Origin: an uncultured virus (IMG/VR IMGVR_UViG_3300029288_000156)
Lineage: Duplodnaviria > Heunggongvirae > Uroviricota > Caudoviricetes
Virus record (IMG/VR): IMGVR_UViG_3300029288_000156
Reading direction: 5' to 3' (one strand)
Length of the DNA: 64,000 nt
Shown here piece by piece: positions 45,246-53,307 of this stretch. The notes under the pieces are model-generated. The model was not told the origin of the DNA, ran no database searches, and was given only the letters and a program-made list of their open reading frames with translations. Position 1 is the stretch's first letter; each line of letters starts with the position of its first letter. The position numbers and the translations under genes were made by a program.

Positions 45246-46166
45246 TCATAGTATTCGCGACTCCATGGCTGTCTGGTGCAAGATATCTCTATTGACACCC
45301 ATAGCCTCGGCCAAAGCATATTCTGTCTGGATAGTGCAGTTAAACTGTATAGGATCATCTGCTCCAAGAGTAATCCTGCATCCTGCTGCCTGCATTTTCT
45401 TTACTGGATGCTTCGCCAAAGCGATTGTATGAGTGCAGATATTACTATGAATGGACATATCAAATACGATACCCAAACGAGTAACTTCTTTTTGCTGCTC
45501 CTCAGTAGCGTAGATGCCATGGGCTATTCTGTTTATACCCATTTCATGAATAGCTTTACTTATATTGATGGCGGTTCCAGGTCTTTCACCGACGTGAGCA
45601 CGAATTGTCTTACCCTTTTTGCGCCATGGTTCAAGCGGCACCATATAGTCTGACCATCTAGCGAGAGATTCATCACCTACGAAATCAATCCCAACCATAA
45701 ATCGGTCTAGTGTTTTCACCAAACCGATAGCTTGCATTTGTAATTCTATTGGCCATCCATAGCTGACAGACAGTAAGAAATTGACGTCGACGCCAAATTC
45801 CTGTGCTGCTATATTGAATATGCTAAAGAAACGCTCACCCGCCGCCGCCAGCTTGCCTGATCTAGCGAACTTGTTCAGAGAAACAGTAATAGTGGCATGC
45901 TCTATCTGTTCTGCTTTTATATCAGAACAGACTTGATTAGCCACAAGGATAAGAGCCGAATCGTCCCATCGTAGCTTATTAAGAATATCGAATCTGGTGC
46001 AGAAATATTCAAAATCGCCATCGTCACGCATTAAGCGTACTTGCTGCTGGACGTCGAAGAGCGAGTCGGCTATTCCAAATCCACTTGAATTACTGATGAT
46101 CTCCCAAATAGTTTCTGGACTGATAGAACCTGCTAGATGCCGGTGATTTTCGACAAACATTATCAA
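45246..46166 (-). CDS. adenosine/AMP deaminase family protein
   Basis: ENHRHLAGS, GIDFVGDE, AHVGE, RIAHG, SN, GADDP. Confidence 0.9.
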   Translation of the reverse strand: MIMFVENHRHLAGSISPETIWEIISNSSGFGIADSLFDVQQQVRLMRDDGDFEYFCTRFDILNKLRWDDSALILVANQVCSDIKAEQIEHATITVSLNKFARSGKLAAAGERFFSIFNIAAQEFGVDVNFLLSVSYGWPIELQMQAIGLVKTLDRFMVGIDFVGDESLARWSDYMVPLEPWRKKGKTIRAHVGERPGTAINISKAIHEMGINRIAHGIYATEEQQKEVTRLGIVFDMSIHSNICTHTIALAKHPVKKMQAAGCRITLGADDPIQFNCTIQTEYALAEAMGVNRDILHQTAMESRIL

Positions 46167-46275
46167 TATTTGGTTAGAGCCAGATGTTGTATATAATTAA
46201 GATACTGCCGATAGTTCCATCTATAACAACCAAATATAATAAGGTGGCTGTCTGCCTATCAGGTAGGGAATAATT

Positions 46276-48693
46276 ATGAACATTTTAGAACGAATAGACT
46301 CCGCATTCAAGAAAAAGACGATTAATGAGGAAGTCCACACCAAAGAACCAGGTGAACCTGGTGATTTTGTTAATATGCACGATCCGATAGCCAGGGTGCT
46401 TGCTCTACGGAACAGTAAAGGGCCACATATTGGTTGGGATAATTATGCGGCTGGAAAGGATTATCAGCCTCCGACATATTTCGAGGCTGGTTCTGATAAA
46501 GAATTGGGTCCCAAGGATACTGGTGCAAAGGGTGTTACTGCCCCAACCGATGGAAAGGAAAAAGAAATAGCTTTTGATGGGCCTAGTCAGTATAGCGAGC
46601 GTCACGGTTTTGTTAGGCCATGGTCGACTGGAGAAATATTAACGACTCTGATGCATGTCGGCCCCGATGAAGATACCGATGGCGAGCTACATATTATAGC
46701 TACGAAGGGAGTAATATCAAGGGCTAGAGAGGCTATGACTGGTAGGGATGAACCAAATCAAGATGATATTGAAGACGCTATGGCACTGGGTGCTATGGCT
46801 GTCTTACAAATATTGCCAAAAGACGAAGCTCGTCCAGGCGTAAGATTTACTTCATTTATTGGTAACTGGATGGAGCAAGCAATGTTCGCCGGTGCCCAAC
46901 CAGGATATTCCGATGAATATAGACGAGCAAGAGGACTTAGGAGCAGAGTAGAACCGGCTGTCAAAAGAGCTATCGTCGATGCTAGTAAGGGTATACCACT
47001 AGACGATGCATTAGCTGACGTGGAAAGAAAGTTCAACGAATTATATATATGTCCGGCTTGCAAGGGCGATGGGACTATTAACATATGGAAAGACGAACCA
47101 GATCCGGACCCAAAAAAGCCTGCTAAAAAAGTCCCAGCGAAGGTACAATGCAAAAAATGTGACGGGAAAGGAACTACAGAACACATTAAAGCTGGCCCGC
47201 AGCATCCATTCGGCAAGTTGTTGGTAGACTTGGAAGAGGTAAGAGATAAAGTCGTTCGTGCTATAACATCTGGGAGCACAGAAGCGATCAAAAAAGCATA
47301 TAAAGACCTACAGGATAAATTTAACGAAATCAAGGAAGAAGAAGATACATTTTCCTCTGGCGGTATTACTACTACCGGGTCTGTTGGAAAGAAGCCTCGT
47401 GAACATGGTGCTTTGAATGCCTTTAAACGAATCACCATCCTATTCGATGAACAGAGAGCACTTGCAGAGGATGCAATCGAACTACTACGGCAAGGCGACG
47501 ACAGCAATTGGGATGCAGTTATGGAAGCTGCTCGTGGTGTATGGAAGAATTTCAAAACGCTAGAACACAAAAAATGGGCACCAGACCCAAATGATCCCGA
47601 TGCAAAGGAACCGGTATATGTTTCACCGTATGAAAGTCCAAAACAAGGCTCAATGGGGTTATTAGCTATCCAAAAGGCATTTGAGACGGCGTTGAAAAGT
47701 AAAAATACAGATCATATAAAAGAATTCATTGCCATGAGCCACGAAGAACAACAACACATCAGAGATATCGAACAAGAGAAGTTGGATTCATCTAGAGCTA
47801 CGTCGTTGAACGTTGGTGGCGATGATGATGACGATGAGGGTGAGGAGCGATCTGATTTTGCAAGCAAAAGGAGATCAGTTGGTGAATTCACGCAGAAATA
47901 CTACGAAATAGTATCCAAATCCATAGGGATGTTGTCACCATATCATGATGATTCACTTGAGCGTAAAGAACGTGCTTCGATAGCAGGCAAGACGCTTGCA
48001 AGTATTAAGTCTTCCATCGACGCATATCTAAAGATGAAGGCGAGCGGTCAGGATACGTCCGACGTACTTGCTAACATCCAGGATATATCAAAGAACCTAA
48101 GCCCGAAACTTGGTGAATGGAAGGAAGAGATCGTAGGTGTATTGCGTAACCTAAATGGTGCAATTGAAGTTGATGACGGCTTCAAAGAAGTCAAACACGA
48201 CATCTCCGATTTACAAAAAATAGCGAAAGAAGATACGAAGATCGAGTCGTCAGAAGGCTCACTTACTCCGCAGGAATATCGGTTAGCATTGAGATTTTAT
48301 GGCATTCACGACTATCCTGAAAAGGGTACACCGCAAGATCCAGAAATCGATGAACAGGGTAGATTATCAAAATGGGCCGAGGCAGGATATCCAGCGATTG
48401 GCGAAAAACAGATTGGTAGAGAGCAAAGCATATTTCTATGGACCGACGTGTTTGAGACTACCGATGACAATGGCGAGCCTATGCAATCGGTATCGAACGC
48501 CAGAATTTCGAAGGTTCTGACAAGTGCTAAACTTAAGATTGGCGATCTGGCTCGCCAGTTGAAGCAGCAGATAGGAGAAGAATTCGGATATGACTCAGTT
48601 GATTACCAAATCATATCCGAATTTTATGTTGCCTATTGCCGCATGGTAGTTGAGGAGATTGCACCCGGCAGCCTGAAAACAATTCGTGGCTAA
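46276..48693 (+). CDS. very large sigma70-family-like protein with inserted DnaJ-type Zn finger
   Basis: region-2-like DAMALGAMAVLQILPKDEARPGVRFTSFIGNWMEQAM; CPACKGDG/CKKCDGKG; region-4-like LTPQEYRLALRFYGI...VSNARISKVLTSAKLKI. Confidence 0.65.
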   Translation: MNILERIDSAFKKKTINEEVHTKEPGEPGDFVNMHDPIARVLALRNSKGPHIGWDNYAAGKDYQPPTYFEAGSDKELGPKDTGAKGVTAPTDGKEKEIAFDGPSQYSERHGFVRPWSTGEILTTLMHVGPDEDTDGELHIIATKGVISRAREAMTGRDEPNQDDIEDAMALGAMAVLQILPKDEARPGVRFTSFIGNWMEQAMFAGAQPGYSDEYRRARGLRSRVEPAVKRAIVDASKGIPLDDALADVERKFNELYICPACKGDGTINIWKDEPDPDPKKPAKKVPAKVQCKKCDGKGTTEHIKAGPQHPFGKLLVDLEEVRDKVVRAITSGSTEAIKKAYKDLQDKFNEIKEEEDTFSSGGITTTGSVGKKPREHGALNAFKRITILFDEQRALAEDAIELLRQGDDSNWDAVMEAARGVWKNFKTLEHKKWAPDPNDPDAKEPVYVSPYESPKQGSMGLLAIQKAFETALKSKNTDHIKEFIAMSHEEQQHIRDIEQEKLDSSRATSLNVGGDDDDDEGEERSDFASKRRSVGEFTQKYYEIVSKSIGMLSPYHDDSLERKERASIAGKTLASIKSSIDAYLKMKASGQDTSDVLANIQDISKNLSPKLGEWKEEIVGVLRNLNGAIEVDDGFKEVKHDISDLQKIAKEDTKIESSEGSLTPQEYRLALRFYGIHDYPEKGTPQDPEIDEQGRLSKWAEAGYPAIGEKQIGREQSIFLWTDVFETTDDNGEPMQSVSNARISKVLTSAKLKIGDLARQLKQQIGEEFGYDSVDYQIISEFYVAYCRMVVEEIAPGSLKTIRG

Positions 48694-49808
48694 TTGCCGA
48701 CTTTCAGACCGGCCAAAGCACCTTCCTTCTTCACTTGGCGTTGTCCGGCCTTTAGTATTTGCCTGAACGTCGCATCATCTACGTAGTTGCAATAGATTAA
48801 GCCGACCGGCTCTGCTTGCCAGTAATCAATCGGATTCGGGTCAACTCCTATTTCTTGGTTGATCCTGGCACCAGCACCGATTTCAAGCATTTTCTGCTGC
48901 GTCATTGGTGCAGGAGTAGTGCGAGGAGCTATCATCGATTGGGCGCGAATAATGCCGCCACCCGTCTTACGATGCATTGCACCTTTCGAGCAAGAACAAG
49001 AATTGACATGCTGCGTACTTGCCATGTTGAATGAAAGTGACTTACTTCCATCACCACAGGGACCATATGCTCCAACTGCACCGCATGGTCCTGTCGGTCC
49101 AGATGGCCCGCTGACACAGCTATCGTAATCAAGGTTGGCCATATCGGCACCATATTCACCGGAATCAGCCATCGATAATGAATGCATGCCCCAATCTTGC
49201 CCTCTTGTATAGACTGGATTCTTACGCGGCTCTTTGCTCAAATAGAAAGCGAATCCTATGGCCCAGACACGATCATCGCCGATCACTTGTGCCGCTACGC
49301 CACGTGTGATATCTTCGGTGATGATATATTGCCTGACTTCACCCTTTTCGTTGCGGAATCCATCAATCCACAACATCTGGCCTGTCGTTGTGGCGATATA
49401 GTTCTGTGCAGGCCAAGCGTAATTGCATTCAGGGCAGAAACGACCTTGCTGGAGCGCGACATTATGTACTGGACACTTCTCGTGGTATTGTTCCAAATTA
49501 AGTTGCGTCACTTTTTTACCGGTGATTGGATTAACACCCTGGACGCTCACCACGATTGCTAAATCGTATCTGTGGCCTGAATTCATAGTGAAATCGAACC
49601 ACATACCCCTATTAATGGTGGCTGGGACGAAATACGAGCTTGCTTTGCCTGACCCATGCATCCAATTTTCTGGGCAGGCGGGGAATTCATCAACAGGGTA
49701 CGCCTGGACTTTGCAGTGCGGTGGTAAAGCGTGTAGTGCATCGCCAACTAGTGCTGGAGGCATATTGATTTCTGCGAACAAACCGTTAATTTCCATTCTC
49801 GTGCTCAT
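48690..49808 (-). CDS. conserved hypothetical protein with short GPx collagen-like insert
   Basis: P.NW...YFVP...GMWFDF...GVNPITG...QNY...WIDG...VRQY; GPSGPTGPCGAVGAYGPCG. Confidence 0.7.
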   Translation of the reverse strand: MSTRMEINGLFAEINMPPALVGDALHALPPHCKVQAYPVDEFPACPENWMHGSGKASSYFVPATINRGMWFDFTMNSGHRYDLAIVVSVQGVNPITGKKVTQLNLEQYHEKCPVHNVALQQGRFCPECNYAWPAQNYIATTTGQMLWIDGFRNEKGEVRQYIITEDITRGVAAQVIGDDRVWAIGFAFYLSKEPRKNPVYTRGQDWGMHSLSMADSGEYGADMANLDYDSCVSGPSGPTGPCGAVGAYGPCGDGSKSLSFNMASTQHVNSCSCSKGAMHRKTGGGIIRAQSMIAPRTTPAPMTQQKMLEIGAGARINQEIGVDPNPIDYWQAEPVGLIYCNYVDDATFRQILKAGQRQVKKEGALAGLKVGN

Positions 49809-49829
49809 AGTGATCTCCGATAGAAGAAA

Positions 49830-49861
49830 GCACGGCGAACCTCTTTCGAGGTTCGCCGTGC
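49830..49861 (-). terminator. intrinsic terminator
   Basis: 14-bp stem GCACGGCGAACCTC/GAGGTTCGCCGTGC, followed by TTTCTTCT on the minus strand. Confidence 0.7.
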
Positions 49862-49870
49862 GGTTGATGG

Positions 49871-50743
49871 TTAAATGCTGCGATTCTTGCCGAGATTGAA
49901 TGGGTTATTACCCTTCTTCTCGGTTACTTTAGCAGAGCCAAGCTTCGCGCGTAGGCTTGGAAGATTTCCAAGTGCTTCGCGTTCTTTATATAACTTGGCT
50001 GCTTCAATGCAACGCCTACCGACCATACCGGTGGTAGCAAGGCTGTAGACATCAAGCTCGTGCATCTTGCTCATATCTATCTCAAATGTCTCGGTGACGG
50101 CGAGATATAAAGTCTTCTTGGTTTTCCAATCGACTTTATCCCAATCACACCCGATAGTAGAAACACCGTTTCGTAGTGCGATACCAGGAAATAGAGGATG
50201 CTCATTTGCTATCTGATCTGGACGTTCTCCGACAGCATAGGTCGGCCTAACGTCGCCGTCAGGAGTTACGAATGTCGGTATCTCGCCATGGTCGTCAAGT
50301 TCACCAAGAAGCTTTAATGAAACTTCCTTATTGATAGTACCATCATCGTTGAAAACGATGAACTTCTTGCCCTCTGAGTGGAACTTTAGACGCTCAGCAA
50401 CCGGCGTTTTCAACTGCTTCGGATCATAAACATCAAGCAGTTGGGCTGGCGTCATTGTTTTCGCCAACTTTTCCGGGTCATTATCTTCCAGAATGATTTT
50501 CTGGATATCCTGTGCTTGTGGCTGTTCTCCACGGAACAGCGTAGCGATGCGACGGGCCAGGATTCTGGGGACACCACAAACTTCCAGATCTTCCCAACTT
50601 GCTGCGGATAGGGAGTCTTCTGATGAACCACCCATCTCGGTTAAGTTGGTGAAGAAAGTCTCAGCATCGACTTTCTTGGTGCTTTGAGAATTGTGCGCTT
50701 CCAGAATAGCACGAGCACCGTCAAGCTTAGATTCATACGACAT
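49871..50743 (-). CDS. hypothetical protein (SAM/HhH-like segment WEDLEVCGVPRILARRI)
   Basis: AGGAG RBS; 290 aa. Confidence 0.7.
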   Translation of the reverse strand: MSYESKLDGARAILEAHNSQSTKKVDAETFFTNLTEMGGSSEDSLSAASWEDLEVCGVPRILARRIATLFRGEQPQAQDIQKIILEDNDPEKLAKTMTPAQLLDVYDPKQLKTPVAERLKFHSEGKKFIVFNDDGTINKEVSLKLLGELDDHGEIPTFVTPDGDVRPTYAVGERPDQIANEHPLFPGIALRNGVSTIGCDWDKVDWKTKKTLYLAVTETFEIDMSKMHELDVYSLATTGMVGRRCIEAAKLYKEREALGNLPSLRAKLGSAKVTEKKGNNPFNLGKNRSI

Positions 50744-50753
50744 AATATATCTC

Positions 50754-50791
50754 CTACTCTCTCTACTCTCTACTCTCTCTACTCTCTACTC
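50754..50791. repeat. (CTACTCT[CT]) x5 simple repeat in the leader of 49871-50743
   Basis: ctactctct ctactct ctactctct ctactct ctactc. Confidence 0.8.
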
Positions 50792-50973
50792 ACGGATTTC
50801 ATCGCTACAAGCGATATCGCATCCGCAACGATGAATTATCTACTACGTGAAATACATCACCAAACATCTTTAGCGATTTCTTCCACCATTAGTAGAGGAA
50901 ATCGATTATAATGAGATGGTCAGATCACCAATAGAGCAAAACTAATTATGGTCATTATTGGTGGAAGAACGAT

Positions 50974-51468
50974 ATGTCAACTAAAATTTGTACCGATTGT
51001 CGAGAACGATTGCCTATAGAGCAATTCCATTGGTTGAAAAAGGGCTTAATTCGTCGCTCTCAATGCAAGGACTGCATCCGTGTGCGTCGGCAACGTTACT
51101 ATCAAGCCAACCAGTTGAGACTAAAGCAAGTTACACGACACTATTACCAACAGCATCGGAAAGAGGTTATTTCCAGTCAGATGCGATACCGGCAATTGCG
51201 AGTAGAACGAGCACGGCGATATGTTCTTGATTATCTAAGCCATCAATCGTGTGTCGATTGCGACAATAGCGATATTCGAGTCTTAGAGTTTGATCACACA
51301 CGAGGCAAGAAATCAGCTTCGATCGCCCATATGATAGCTCATGGGGTATCGATTACACGGCTTCAGCGTGAGATCGATAAGTGCAGTGTCCGTTGTGCAA
51401 ACTGCCATAGAATTAGGCATTCGTTAGAAGGCGGATGGAGGAAGATCGGAGTCGAGGATATCAGATGA
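50974..51468 (+). CDS. HNH endonuclease with N-terminal Zn finger
   Basis: CTDC..CKDC; CVDC...LEFDH...KC.VRCANCHRIRH. Confidence 0.9.
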   Translation: MSTKICTDCRERLPIEQFHWLKKGLIRRSQCKDCIRVRRQRYYQANQLRLKQVTRHYYQQHRKEVISSQMRYRQLRVERARRYVLDYLSHQSCVDCDNSDIRVLEFDHTRGKKSASIAHMIAHGVSITRLQREIDKCSVRCANCHRIRHSLEGGWRKIGVEDIR

Positions 51469-51666
51469 CATGCCCATCTCTTTGGCCTCTATCTCTAGAG
51501 TGAGTTCTTTTGGTAGGTAGGCTTTCAGCTCGTCGACTATTTCATTTATGTCAGTAAGGCTTGCTTCTACGACAGAATCATCGCCGCCTTCAAGAGCTTC
51601 AAGGGCATCATTTACATGGTGTGATATCAGAATCAGATCATTCTGAAGAACATCTGCCGGTATCAT
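51424..51666 (-). CDS. small acidic protein
   Basis: 80-aa ORF. Confidence 0.5.
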   Translation of the reverse strand: MIPADVLQNDLILISHHVNDALEALEGGDDSVVEASLTDINEIVDELKAYLPKELTLEIEAKEMGMSSDILDSDLPPSAF

Positions 51667-51699
51667 ATGTCGCCCTATCCCACGCTATATTTGTTGGGA

Positions 51700-53307
51700 T
51701 TATGTAGCAATGGTATAGATAATTCTTAGTTGGTCTGCTACCTCTAAAATAACGTTGCCTTTGAGAAATAAAGCTGTAGCCCAGAGAGAATTACCAGCTG
51801 AATTATCGCCTTTGATTTGCGAGTTTGGGCCGGTTACGACGAGCAAGCCTACAATCGTACAACTCTCTGTAATATCGAATAGGGATTTCGTTGTGTTCGC
51901 TATAGTTTGTCCAGATGCTTCGTCGGTATACCAAACTGGCCTGGTATTCGTATCGCCGTTGCTGTTTGGATCTGAATAGCCCGTGAATTCTAACCAATTA
52001 TTACCACCGACTCCGGATAATGTAGTATGAGCACCCCATGTCAGCTCATTTGTGACTGATGATTGATTGTAATATTCGAATTTGATCCAATCATCAGTTC
52101 TTATAGCAGATGAGATGCGTACTTCATCAATTGCACCTGAATAAAAAAGGTCGCTAGGGTTTCCACCGATTATATTGCTTGTCCAGGGTGCATGCGCTAT
52201 ATCATAATTTCCAGCATAATTTATGGTTGAGTTTGCAGCACCATTTACATATAACGTAGCATCGCCTGTTGAGCTATCATATGTAACTGCTAAATGCGTC
52301 CAAGCAGCTAGTGTGATTGCATATCCGAAACTAAAAGATCGCCAACTATTATTAAGATATAGGTATGCGCCGATTTTTCCTGACGAATTACGACCGACTT
52401 CTAAGATATATCCAGAATCGAATCCTATGATGTTCGATCCACTAGCTACCGTTGTGTTTAGTGGGTTGACCCAAGCAGACATCGTGACATCAGGTATAGT
52501 CAATGATGCGTTGTTTGGTATTATTATGCTTTGAGCTTGACTTAAATTAAATTTTTTACCCCAACCAATTTGGCCTGCGAATTGTACTGGTTGATTGGTC
52601 GTATTTGTACTATCGTTACCATTAATTGTCGAATCTACAAAATCACCTACAGCACCTGTTCCAGATTCTGATAAATGCCACACACCTTTATAGCTCGATT
52701 CCCATACATTTTCAGCGTCTTCACCATCTACAGCGAGATTATTACCGTAATAGATATAGATCGTTGTTGTAGTATTATATTGAATGGTTGGTACTTTCAC
52801 CCAGAAAACGGCAGTGGCGGGCGTTCCATTTCCACCAGACCAATATTCACGCTCATAACTTAATAAAGTTATTCCATCCGATGAAGTGAATCTGATATCA
52901 TAACCAGTTGATGTTGCGTTACTAAAATCTGCGTCAGAATTAATTCTGACGCATAATGGAAAATCAGTTAAATCATCGGTGCCTACATTTGTATTATCGA
53001 TAGTTATCGCTTTGCGATACTTCCAATAATATTGCCAATATGGTACAGTAGGATCGGATATATCTGAGTAGTGGTTAAGCCCTTGATATGTATCGAGTGT
53101 AGACAATGATACATATCCAACATTGTCGATCAAGCTCATGTAAGTACGCAATATCTGCGTACCGTTATAAAAGTTAGTGCGTAGGATATTATTTTTACCT
53201 TCGATAGTGACGCTATTCGGCATATCATAACGGTCGATCATTGAACCTTTACGCCAGTGTTCGACAAAGAACTTTCCAGATGGTTCAATTTTATTTGATA
53301 TTTTCAT
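51700..53307 (-). CDS. virion protein (paralogue of 61231-61773) with inserted DUF2341 + LamG-like cassette
   Basis: WKYRKAITID...DFPL...DIRFT...FWVKVP...YIYYGN; WTHLAVTY...LYVNG...GAIDEVRIS. Confidence 0.8.
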   Translation of the reverse strand: MKISNKIEPSGKFFVEHWRKGSMIDRYDMPNSVTIEGKNNILRTNFYNGTQILRTYMSLIDNVGYVSLSTLDTYQGLNHYSDISDPTVPYWQYYWKYRKAITIDNTNVGTDDLTDFPLCVRINSDADFSNATSTGYDIRFTSSDGITLLSYEREYWSGGNGTPATAVFWVKVPTIQYNTTTTIYIYYGNNLAVDGEDAENVWESSYKGVWHLSESGTGAVGDFVDSTINGNDSTNTTNQPVQFAGQIGWGKKFNLSQAQSIIIPNNASLTIPDVTMSAWVNPLNTTVASGSNIIGFDSGYILEVGRNSSGKIGAYLYLNNSWRSFSFGYAITLAAWTHLAVTYDSSTGDATLYVNGAANSTINYAGNYDIAHAPWTSNIIGGNPSDLFYSGAIDEVRISSAIRTDDWIKFEYYNQSSVTNELTWGAHTTLSGVGGNNWLEFTGYSDPNSNGDTNTRPVWYTDEASGQTIANTTKSLFDITESCTIVGLLVVTGPNSQIKGDNSAGNSLWATALFLKGNVILEVADQLRIIYTIAT

